A program made the position numbers and the translations under genes. Of a stretch of DNA of 64,000 nucleotides, positions 19,938 through 28,385 are shown one piece after another. Positions within the stretch are counted from its first letter, which is position 1. Each line of letters starts with the position of its first letter. The stretch comes from an uncultured Candidatus Rokubacteria bacterium (lineage in GTDB: Bacteria > Methylomirabilota > Methylomirabilia > Rokubacteriales > DASRDR01): the NCBI GenBank assembly GCA_963805625.1, contig CAWDVE010000019.1, positions 128,001 through 192,000 of the forward strand. The letters are read 5' to 3'. The notes beneath the pieces are model-generated. The model had not been told where the DNA came from. It worked only from the letters and a program-made list of their open reading frames with translations, and searched no databases.

Positions 19938-21992
19938 GTGCAGATGGGCGTGGACATCGGCGGCACCTTCACCGACATCGTCGCGCTCGGCGATGATGGC
20001 CGGCTCCACCTGACCAAGGTGCCGACCACTCCGAAGGACCTGCTCCGCGGCCTCGCCGCCGCCGTCCGGGGGGTGCTCGCGCTGGCCGGGGCGGAGGCGG
20101 GCGGCGTCCGGCGCTTCATCCACGGGACCACCGTCGCCACGAACGCCATCCTCGAGCAGACCGGCGCTGTCACCGGCGTGTTCATGACCGCGGGCTTCGA
20201 GGACGTTCTCGAACTCGGCCGGCAGAAGCGCTCCCGCATGTACGACCTCGACATGGATGCGGAGACGCCCGCGTTCCTGGCCCCGCGGCGCCGCCGGGTG
20301 GGGATCCGCGAGCGGCTCGACGCCCGCGGCCGGGTCCTGGTGCCGCTGGACGAGGCCCAGGTGCGAGCGGAGGCAGCCAGGCTCCGGGACGAGGGGATCC
20401 AGGCGCTCGCCGTCTGCTACCTCTTCTCGTTCCTCGATCCCGCGCACGAGCGCCGGACACGCGAGCTCATCCGCGAGGTCGCCCCGGGCGTCGCGATCTC
20501 GCTCTCCTCCGAGGTCGACCCCACCTTCCGCGAGTACGAGCGGCTCTGCGTGACCGCCTTCGACGCGTATCTCGGGCCCCTCGTCGGCCGTTACCTGGCC
20601 GGCCTCAGCGAGACGCTGCGGCGCCTCGGCGTGACCGCGGTGCCGCAGATCATGCGGTCCCGGGGGGGGATCGTGTCGGCGGCCGTCGCCAGGCGTCAGC
20701 CCGTCACCCTCTTCCTGTCCGGCCCAGCGGGCGGCGTCATCGGGGCGCAGTACGCGGCCGAGCGCTCCGGCGTACGGGACTTCATCTCGCTCGACATGGG
20801 CGGGACCAGCAACGACGTGAGCGTGGTCCACGGGGGCCAACCTGTCGTGGCGGCCGAAGGGCGGATCGGACCCTATCCGGTGCGGACACCGATGGTGGAC
20901 GTCAACACGATCGGCGCCGGGGGCGGGAGCATCGCGTGGTTGGATGCCGCCGGCGGCCTCCGGGTGGGTCCCCGGAGCGCGGGGGCGGAGCCGGGGCCCG
21001 CCTGCTACGGCCGGGGCGGGGACCGGCCGACCGTGACCGACGCGAGTGTCCTGCTCGGGTTCCTCGACCCCGCGAGCTTCGCGGGGGGATCGATCCGGCT
21101 CGACGTCCGCGCCTCGGAGACCGCGGTCGCGACGGTGGCCGGGCCCCTCGGGCTCGACCTCGTCGAGGCCGCCGCCGGCATCCACCGCGTGGTCAACGCA
21201 CGGATGGCCGACCAGATCCGGCTCATGACGATCCAGCGTGGGCACGATCCGCGAGGATTCACGCTGGTGCTCCTCGGCGGGGCGGGCCCGGTGCACGGCG
21301 CGTCCCTGGCGGAGGAGCTTGGCCTGCGGGACGTGCTCGTCCCGGAGGCGCCCGGCGTACTCTCGGCGCTCGGCCTCCTCGCCGCGGCCGTCGAGCACCA
21401 CCACGCCCGGACGCACCAGAGCGTGGTCGAGTCGGCGGACCTCGCCGCGATCGACGCGCTGCTCCGAGATCTCGACGCCACGGGCCGCGCCCAGATGCGC
21501 GACGAGGACGTGCCGCCCGACGCGGTAGAGGTGGCCTACACCGCGGATATGCGATACGTCGGCCAGGCGTACGAGCTTCCGGTGCCGATCCGGGCGCCGC
21601 TCGCCGCGGCGGATCTCGCGGGCGTCGAGGTCGCCTTCCACGCCGTCCACGAGCGTGTCTACGGCTACGCGCGCGCCGGCCAGCCCGTGGAGTTCGTCAA
21701 CCTCCGCGCCGTCCACACCTACCGTCTGCCGGCGCCCCGGATCCGACCGTCCGACCGGGCGCGCGGGACGGCGGCCGCCGCCCGGGTGGCCGAGCGCCCG
21801 GTGCACTTCGCGCCGGCGGGCTTCGTGCGGACGCCAATCTACGCGCGCCCCCGTCTGCCGCTCGGCGCCGAGCTCTCCGGGCCGGCCATCGTCGAACAGC
21901 CCGATACCACAACTGTCGTGCCGCCGGGCTGGGCGGCGCGCGTGGAAGAGTCGGGGAACCTCCTGCTCCGGCGCAGCCAGGGAGAGTCGTGA
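19938..21992 (+). CDS. hydantoinase A / 5-oxoprolinase family subunit (copy 2)
   Basis: DIGGTFTD, HGTTVATN, SGPAGG, DMGGTS, SAGAEPGPACY. Confidence 0.95.
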   Translation: MQMGVDIGGTFTDIVALGDDGRLHLTKVPTTPKDLLRGLAAAVRGVLALAGAEAGGVRRFIHGTTVATNAILEQTGAVTGVFMTAGFEDVLELGRQKRSRMYDLDMDAETPAFLAPRRRRVGIRERLDARGRVLVPLDEAQVRAEAARLRDEGIQALAVCYLFSFLDPAHERRTRELIREVAPGVAISLSSEVDPTFREYERLCVTAFDAYLGPLVGRYLAGLSETLRRLGVTAVPQIMRSRGGIVSAAVARRQPVTLFLSGPAGGVIGAQYAAERSGVRDFISLDMGGTSNDVSVVHGGQPVVAAEGRIGPYPVRTPMVDVNTIGAGGGSIAWLDAAGGLRVGPRSAGAEPGPACYGRGGDRPTVTDASVLLGFLDPASFAGGSIRLDVRASETAVATVAGPLGLDLVEAAAGIHRVVNARMADQIRLMTIQRGHDPRGFTLVLLGGAGPVHGASLAEELGLRDVLVPEAPGVLSALGLLAAAVEHHHARTHQSVVESADLAAIDALLRDLDATGRAQMRDEDVPPDAVEVAYTADMRYVGQAYELPVPIRAPLAAADLAGVEVAFHAVHERVYGYARAGQPVEFVNLRAVHTYRLPAPRIRPSDRARGTAAAARVAERPVHFAPAGFVRTPIYARPRLPLGAELSGPAIVEQPDTTTVVPPGWAARVEESGNLLLRRSQGES

Positions 21993-23785
21993 TGGCGACG
22001 CGGGCCGTCGACCCGATCCTGCTGGAGGTCATCCGGAACCGGCTGGAGACGATCGCCGACGAGATGGAGCTGACGCTCCTGAAGAGCGCCGCCTCTCCGA
22101 TCGTGAAGGAGGGGCTCGACGCGTCCGCCGCCCTCTTCAATGTGCGCGGGGAGACGATTGCCCAGGCGGCGGCGATTCCCATCCACCTCGGGTGTCTCGA
22201 ACTCGCCGCCCGCCGGATCGTGCGGGCCTTCCCGCCGCAGACGATGGCGGAGGGGGACGCGTTCCTCCTGAACGACCCGTACGACGGCGGCACGCATCTG
22301 CCCGACATCACCCTGGCGGTCCCGGTGCTGGCCGACGGGCGCGTCGTCGCGCTGGCATGCACGATGTGCCACCACCAGGACGTCGGGGGCCGCACGCCGG
22401 GCAGCGTGCCGACGGACGCCACGGAGATCTACCAGGAGGGGCTCATCATCCCGCCGACTCGGTTGTTCCGCGGGGGCGCGCTTGATGAGAACCTGTTCGC
22501 CCTCCTCCGCCGCAACGTGCGCATCCCGGACGTGTTCACCGGGGACCTCATGGCCCAGGTGGCCGCGGGTCGCCTCGGCGGGATCCGCCTCAACGAGCTG
22601 TTCGTCCGCTACGGAACCGAGACCGTGCTCGGATACGTCGACGAGCTGCTCGAGCGCGCGGAGACCCTGACGCGCCGCGGAATCGAGGCCATTCCCGACG
22701 GGACCTACGCCTTCGCCGACTGGCTCGACAACGACGGGATCGACGACCGCCCGGTCCGGATCCAGGTGGCGGTGACCGTGCGAGGCTCGACGATGACCTT
22801 CGACTTCACGGGCACGAGTCCCCAGGTCCGCGGTCCGTTCAACTCGGTGCCCGCTTCCACTCTGTCCGCGGTCTACTACGCCGTGCGCGCCATCTCGGAC
22901 CCGACCGTTCCGAACAACGGCGGCTGCTTCCGGGCGGTCGACACGGTGCTGCCGCTCGGGAGCCTCGTCAATCCTCGGCCGCCGGCCCCGGTAAGCTGCC
23001 GCACGGCCACCATCAAGCGGATCGCCGACACCATCCTGGGCGCTCTCGTCAGGGCCCTCCCGCAGCGCATGCCGGCGGCCAGCTCCGGCACGCTCCTCGT
23101 GATGGCCTTCGGGGGGACAGATCCCGGGACGGGCCGCCCGTTCGTCGCCAGCGAGCTGGCCGCGGGCGGCATGGGCGCCCGCCCCGCGAAGGACGGCATC
23201 CACGTGGTTGAGACCGACGTGACTAACTGCATGAACATCCCTGTCGAAGCGCTCGAGATGAATTTCCCGCTCCGGGTGACCCGGGCCGGCCTGTGGACGG
23301 ACTCAGCCGGCGCGGGCGCGGCGCGGGGCGGCCTCGGGCTCGAGAAGGTCTTCGAAGCCACCGTCACCGACGTCACTGTCGCCCACCGCAGCGAGCGGTT
23401 TGCCTCGGCGCCGTGGGGGCTCTTCGGCGGCGGCCCGGCGCGGCGCGGGCGCGCCTTCCTCGTTCGGCGCGACGGGACCCGGGAGGAGGTGCCCTCCAAG
23501 AAGATGCTCGTGCTCCATCCCGGCGACCAGCTGTGGGAGTACATCCCGGGCGGCGCCGGCTGGGGGGACGCGCTCGAGCGCGATCCGGACCGGGTGCTCG
23601 CGGACGCGCTCGACCGTGCGATCTCGGTCGAGGCCGCCCGCGCCGAGTACGGCGTCGTCCTCTCACCAGACGGGACGGCCGTCGATCACGACGCGACAAA
23701 GGAGTGCCGCGACGCGATGCGCCGGGCCCGCGGGCCCATCCGCTGGGTTTTTGACCGGGGCGGCGAGCACGGCCGCGAGGGCTGA
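21992..23785 (+). CDS. hydantoinase B / 5-oxoprolinase family subunit (copy 2)
   Basis: NDPYDGGTHLPD, HHQDVGG, EIYQEG, NIPVEALE; TGATG coupling to the A subunit gene. Confidence 0.95.
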   Translation: MATRAVDPILLEVIRNRLETIADEMELTLLKSAASPIVKEGLDASAALFNVRGETIAQAAAIPIHLGCLELAARRIVRAFPPQTMAEGDAFLLNDPYDGGTHLPDITLAVPVLADGRVVALACTMCHHQDVGGRTPGSVPTDATEIYQEGLIIPPTRLFRGGALDENLFALLRRNVRIPDVFTGDLMAQVAAGRLGGIRLNELFVRYGTETVLGYVDELLERAETLTRRGIEAIPDGTYAFADWLDNDGIDDRPVRIQVAVTVRGSTMTFDFTGTSPQVRGPFNSVPASTLSAVYYAVRAISDPTVPNNGGCFRAVDTVLPLGSLVNPRPPAPVSCRTATIKRIADTILGALVRALPQRMPAASSGTLLVMAFGGTDPGTGRPFVASELAAGGMGARPAKDGIHVVETDVTNCMNIPVEALEMNFPLRVTRAGLWTDSAGAGAARGGLGLEKVFEATVTDVTVAHRSERFASAPWGLFGGGPARRGRAFLVRRDGTREEVPSKKMLVLHPGDQLWEYIPGGAGWGDALERDPDRVLADALDRAISVEAARAEYGVVLSPDGTAVDHDATKECRDAMRRARGPIRWVFDRGGEHGREG

Positions 23786-23794
23786 GGTTCCCGG

Positions 23795-25081
23795 ATGGAG
23801 CGCGCGTCGGACGTCGTCGTGATCGGGGGCGGGATCGTCGGGAGCGCGATCGCTTACCAGCTCGCCCGTCGCGGCGTGGGCGTGGTGCTGGTGGAGCGGA
23901 ACGAGATCGCAGGAGAGCAGTCAGGCCGTAACTGGGGGTTCGTGCGTCAGCAGGGGCGGGACCCGGCCGAAGTTCCGCTCATGATGGAAGCGAACCGCAT
24001 CTGGCGCGGCCTCGAGCAGGAGCTCGGGGCCGACATCGAGTGGGTCCAGGGCGGGAACATGGCGCTCGCCGCGGCCCCCGAGCGCCTCGCCCTGTTCGAA
24101 CGCTGGCTCGAGACGGCGCGGGAGGCCGGGCTCGACACTCGCGTGCTCAGCTCGCGAGAAGTCCAGGCGCTCCTGCCCGGCATGGCGCGCACCTGGCTCG
24201 GGGGGCTCTACACGGCGAGCGACGGCCACGCCGAGCCCGCGAAGGCGACCCACGCGCTGGCCGACGCGGCCGTCAAGCAAGGCGCGCGCCTCTACCCGCG
24301 CTGCGCCGCCGTGGGCATCGAGACCGAGGGCGGCCGGGTAAGCGGCGTCCGGACGGAGGGCGGCACGGTCCGGGCGCGGACGGTGGTGTGTGCGGCCGGC
24401 GCCTGGTCGGCCTGGCTCGTTCGCCCCCTCGGGCTCCACCTCCCCCAGCGCTGGGTGCGGGCGACCGTGGCGCGGACCACGCCGGCGCCGCCCCTCACGC
24501 GCGCGGGAGTGTGGGGACCGGCCGTGTCGTTCCGCCAGCGCCGGGACGGCACGCTGAATCTCGCCGCGGGCGGCGCCGCCGACCACGACATCACTCTCCA
24601 GTCGTTCCGGCACGCGCGGCTCTTCTTCCCGAACTACTGGAAGAACCGGAAGCTCTTCCGCTTCCACGTCGGCCGGCCGCTCCTGCGGGATCTGGCTGGG
24701 CTCCTGCCGGGGTCCTGGGCGCGTCGGCACCCGCTGACGTGGGACCGACACACGGAGCCGGTGCCGAACGCGGCGAAGGTGCAGAGGAGCCTCGCCGAGC
24801 TGCGCGCGCTGTACCCGGCGATCGGTGCGCTCGAGATCACGCGCAGCTGGGCGGGCCACATCGATGCGACTCCGGACGCCCTTCCGGTCGTGGGTGAGGC
24901 CGGGCCGGCCGGTCTCGTTCTGGCGACCGGGTTCACCGGCCACGGCTTCGCGATGGGGCCGATCGTCGGGCGGCTCGTCGCCGAGCTCGTCACCGACGGC
25001 AGGCCCTCGCTCGATCTCCGCGCATTCCGGTTCTCCCGCTTCGTCGAGGGCGCCGTCGGCACGCCGCGCAGCGTGCTTTGA
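23795..25081 (+). CDS. FAD-dependent oxidoreductase (D-amino acid oxidase/DadA family)
   Basis: GGGIVG, EQSGRNWGFVRQQGR, WAGHID.TPD, GFTGHGF. Confidence 0.92.
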   Translation: MERASDVVVIGGGIVGSAIAYQLARRGVGVVLVERNEIAGEQSGRNWGFVRQQGRDPAEVPLMMEANRIWRGLEQELGADIEWVQGGNMALAAAPERLALFERWLETAREAGLDTRVLSSREVQALLPGMARTWLGGLYTASDGHAEPAKATHALADAAVKQGARLYPRCAAVGIETEGGRVSGVRTEGGTVRARTVVCAAGAWSAWLVRPLGLHLPQRWVRATVARTTPAPPLTRAGVWGPAVSFRQRRDGTLNLAAGGAADHDITLQSFRHARLFFPNYWKNRKLFRFHVGRPLLRDLAGLLPGSWARRHPLTWDRHTEPVPNAAKVQRSLAELRALYPAIGALEITRSWAGHIDATPDALPVVGEAGPAGLVLATGFTGHGFAMGPIVGRLVAELVTDGRPSLDLRAFRFSRFVEGAVGTPRSVL

Positions 25082-25158
25082 CGGCCCGGGAGACGCGAAG
25101 ATGACGAGGTCGAAGGGCGGCTGCGGGCGGAAAAGGGGCGACCCCGCCCGCCGCGCGC

Positions 25159-25305
25159 TCACCTCGTCGGTTTCTTCGCATGCTTGAAGAACTGCACTTG
25201 TCGCTCCCGCTTCAGCGCCTCCGCGCGCGTCCGGTAGGGCCCGCCGAGATTGCGCGAGCCATCCTTCGAGTACAGCACGTAACCCTTGGCTGTCTTCTTG
25301 ATCAT
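25159..25305 (-). CDS. small basic hypothetical protein, 48 aa (absent from the ORF track)
   Basis: GGAGG RBS then ATG; MIKKTAKGYVLYSKDGSRNLGGPYRTRAEALKRERQVQFFKHAKKPTR; codon usage looks coding. Confidence 0.75.
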   Translation of the reverse strand: MIKKTAKGYVLYSKDGSRNLGGPYRTRAEALKRERQVQFFKHAKKPTR

Positions 25306-25807
25306 GACTGCCTCCGTCGTCACCCTGGCCCTCGCGCGCCCTCGACATGGTAGAGGTGGCTGTCCCAGTCATCTCTTGGCACGTTGACGGTGTCAAGCTC
25401 CCGCGACTCGGCGCGTGGAACGCCGCGGGCTCCTCGATCTGCGGCGTGCGACCGTGAGACCTGTCCCCAGACTCCGTGACCACCTTGGTTGAGGGTCCGC
25501 GAACTCCTCACCGCCGGGTTCAGCATCTGACCCTGAGCCTTGTCCACCCCCCCGGGACCGAAGGGCGTCGAGATGCTGACCCCGGTTGGCGAGCAATCCG
25601 GCCGCACAGCGCCAGGAGTGGTAGCGGGTTGCCGCGGTGCTCCGACAGGCTGCGATGGACTCTGGCAAGGGCTAGGATCCCGAGAATCGGCGCGATGTCC
25701 GTGGGTCGCGGCCGCTCGGGCTTCCAGAGAGGCCACTTTCCTGCTAAATTTCTATTCCCTGGAGCGCTCGGACGGCCAGGAACGCTGCGGAGTTGCGTGA
25801 CGACATC

Positions 25808-26029
25808 ATGACGGGCAAGGCGATCCAGGACCTCGTCGGGCGGGTGATGATCGACCGGGAGTTTCTTGCCCAGCTCGCCCGCGATCCGGACGTCATCCTC
25901 GCCGGCTACGAGCTCACCGCCGAGGAGCGGGCCGTCATCATGCAGGCCCTCGGGCGCGGGGCGTACGTCTCGGAGGATGAGCGCGCGCACGCCCTCCAGA
26001 ACGCCCTGCTGAAGCGATGGGCCACCTGA
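25808..26029 (+). CDS. NHLP-clan (Os1348/Franean1_4349-like) leader-type small protein, 73 aa
   Basis: IQDLVGRVMIDREFLAQLARDPDVILAGYELTAEE matches the nitrile hydratase-like leader pattern (GR..xD..F......DP...L..Y.LT..E). Confidence 0.75.
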   Translation: MTGKAIQDLVGRVMIDREFLAQLARDPDVILAGYELTAEERAVIMQALGRGAYVSEDERAHALQNALLKRWAT

Positions 26030-26093
26030 TGCGCCACCAAGGCTCCCTGACGGACACGCGGCGTCCGCCGGGCAGGCGCGCGAGGCTGGCCTG

Positions 26094-26594
26094 ATGGAGC
26101 GCCTCCCCGAGATCGACTTTCTCCGCCAGGTGCCACTCTTCCAGGACGTCGAGGAGTCCGTCCTGCGCGAGCTCTGGTTCACCTTCCGCGAGCGGCGTCT
26201 CCGGAAGGGCGATGTGCTCTTCCGCACCGGGGATCCGGGCGAGGAGCTGTTCCTCATCAAGGAGGGCAGCATCGTCGTCTCGAAGCCCGTCACCGGGCGG
26301 ATCGAGCAGGTGCTCGCCCGGCTCGAGCCGGGCGAGGCGTTCGGGGAGATGAGCGTCTTCGGGGACGAGCGCCACCGGTCGGCCACCTGCCAGGCCGACA
26401 TGGACGCCGTGCTCTACAGCCTCGATCGCGACAGCCTGGGCCGCTTCATCGCCGGCAGCCCGGTGACCGCCGCCAAGTTCTTCCAGCACATGGCGCAGGT
26501 GGCCTTCCAGCGGCTCCGCGACTCGACCGACCTGGTCGCCGAGGTCACCCGCTGGGGGCTCGAGGCCACGGGCCTGGACGTCGAGCACAAGTAG
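26094..26594 (+). CDS. stand-alone cyclic nucleotide-binding domain protein (no HTH)
   Basis: FLRQVPLF, GDVLFRTGDPGEELFLIKEG, phosphate-binding cassette FGEMSVFGDERHRSAT. Confidence 0.9.
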   Translation: MERLPEIDFLRQVPLFQDVEESVLRELWFTFRERRLRKGDVLFRTGDPGEELFLIKEGSIVVSKPVTGRIEQVLARLEPGEAFGEMSVFGDERHRSATCQADMDAVLYSLDRDSLGRFIAGSPVTAAKFFQHMAQVAFQRLRDSTDLVAEVTRWGLEATGLDVEHK

Positions 26595-26607
26595 TCCCGC
26601 AATCCCC

Positions 26608-27861
26608 GTGAACGAGGCCGGGAAGAAGACGGTGCAAAGTCGGCCGAAGCGCGCCCGCCTCGAGCTGCTCGTGCGCCGGGCGGACGGGGACGGGTTCGAG
26701 GTCCGCGAGATCCCGAGCGCGGTCGCGTATCTGCAAAGCCGTCCCCAGCGCATCCCCGCCGCGGACTGGGAGATGGCCCGGCTGCCCTACGCGAGGCAGG
26801 GCGTCGTCACCTACGCTCTCAAGAACAGCCGCACCGAGCAGATCATCCAGATCACCGAGGCCGAGAAGTTCCTCTGGGAAGAGATGGACGGGCGAGTGTC
26901 GCTCCAGGAGATCGCCACCGCCTACCTCCTGCGCTACGGCTCCTTCGACTTCGAGATCATCCCGACGCTGATCGTGAAGCTCCTGCGGGCGGACCTCCTG
27001 ACCATGCGCCCGGTCTCCCGCCTCCGCGCCGTCCTCGCCCGCAACCGCCGCAACGCGGCCGCGCGCGCCATGGAAGGGACGCTCCACGCGCTCGAGCGGC
27101 TCACCGTCGCCAGCCGGCGGGCGCACGACGTCTTCGCGCGCGTGTACCGCTACGGCGGCTTCCTCCTCTTCTCGCCGTGGGCCCTGCTGGCGCTGATCCT
27201 CATGGTCGGCCTCGGCGGGTGGAGCGCCGTCCGGATCTGGGCGGAGCTCGGCGAGGTGACCCACGGGCTGGCCCAGCACCCGCTGATCGCCATCCTCCTC
27301 GTGAAGGTCGTCTTCTGGCTCACGGTCATCAACCACCAGGTCATCCATGCCCTCGCCTGCGTGCACTACCGCCGCCGGGTGCGCGAGTTCGGCTTCACGA
27401 TCCTCCACGGCTTCATCCCGACGTTCTACGCCGACGTCACCGACATCTTCATGGCGAGCCGTCGGGCCCGCATCGTCAACGCGGTGGCGGGGCCGCTATT
27501 CCACCTCTTCCTGGGCGCCTTCTGCTTCTGGATCGCGACCATGCTGTCGCCGGGGCTCTTCCAGGGCTTCCTCGCCGCCTCCGCCATCCTGCAGCTCCAG
27601 TCGTTCTTCATCAGCCTCTACCCGTTCTGCTTCCTCGAGATGGACGGCTACCACATCCTGGTGGAGTGGCTCGGCATCCCGACGCTCAACGACGATGCCG
27701 TCCGCTTCGTCCGGGAGTCGCTGTGGGCGCGCCTGCGGAGTCTCGACAGCTTCACCCGGCGCGAGGGGATTTACGTGGCGTACTTCGCGCTGTCGCTGGT
27801 GTCGGTGACGGGCTTCGTGCTGGCGACCGTGTGGCTCCTGGTCCGTGCCGGCACGTCATGA
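26608..27861 (+). CDS. PqqD/RRE-like domain fused to an M50 (site-2 protease-like) membrane domain with HExxH changed to HQVIH
   Basis: ITEAEKFLWEEMDGRVSLQEI (RRE-like winged helix); HQVIHALAC, FYADVTD, AGP, LYPFCFLEMDGYHIL (M50 motifs); multiple TM segments. Confidence 0.8.
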   Translation: MNEAGKKTVQSRPKRARLELLVRRADGDGFEVREIPSAVAYLQSRPQRIPAADWEMARLPYARQGVVTYALKNSRTEQIIQITEAEKFLWEEMDGRVSLQEIATAYLLRYGSFDFEIIPTLIVKLLRADLLTMRPVSRLRAVLARNRRNAAARAMEGTLHALERLTVASRRAHDVFARVYRYGGFLLFSPWALLALILMVGLGGWSAVRIWAELGEVTHGLAQHPLIAILLVKVVFWLTVINHQVIHALACVHYRRRVREFGFTILHGFIPTFYADVTDIFMASRRARIVNAVAGPLFHLFLGAFCFWIATMLSPGLFQGFLAASAILQLQSFFISLYPFCFLEMDGYHILVEWLGIPTLNDDAVRFVRESLWARLRSLDSFTRREGIYVAYFALSLVSVTGFVLATVWLLVRAGTS

Positions 27862-28051
27862 CCGTGAGACGCTATGATGGGTGCTGACGTCAGGTCAGGG
27901 CGCGGAGCGGCTCAGAGTGGTTGGCGATCTCGCCCGCCTCGTTCGGCCGAAGAGGGTCAGGACTCTCTCCACGCCGGCGCCGCAGCGTGAGCATCTCGCT
28001 CCGGCGCTCATGAGGTCGGGAGGATCGTCGAACGTCGACGGGAGGTCGAGC

Positions 28052-28366
28052 ATGCGACTACTGACCCGCGTAGTGGTCCTCACGGTGGCAGCTCAGCTGT
28101 CGTGGATGTCGCCAGGGTTTGCGCAGCAGGGGACTCTCAACGGAACCGTCGTCGGAGGCGACGGCCGCCCCCGGCCGTTCGCACTCGTCCAGCTGGACGG
28201 AGCGGCGCACTATGCCGCGATGACCGACGCGGAAGGCCGCTTCACGATCACGAAGATGGTGCCCGGGAGCTACGTGGTTCGCATCCGCCAGGGGGACAAC
28301 ATCGAGAGCCAGCAGCAGACCGTATCGAGCGGCACCAGCTCCCTGACGCTCAAGGTGAAGTGGTAG
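28052..28366 (+). CDS. secreted carboxypeptidase-regulatory-like (Ig/prealbumin fold) domain protein
   Basis: GGAGG RBS, signal peptide, GTLNGTVV...G.P...V, TDAEGRFTI...PGSY. Confidence 0.8.
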   Translation: MRLLTRVVVLTVAAQLSWMSPGFAQQGTLNGTVVGGDGRPRPFALVQLDGAAHYAAMTDAEGRFTITKMVPGSYVVRIRQGDNIESQQQTVSSGTSSLTLKVKW

Positions 28367-28385
28367 CTCAGGCAAGGAGGCGCCC

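Noticed and set aside
20936-23785. Apparent N-terminal extensions on hydantoinase B and on the ATPases at 14095 and 35919
   Set aside because: The upstream parts are off-frame readings of the preceding genes; true starts are at 21992, 14812 and 37344
26094-26594. CRP/FNR transcription factor
   Set aside because: The protein ends after the C-helix with no HTH domain
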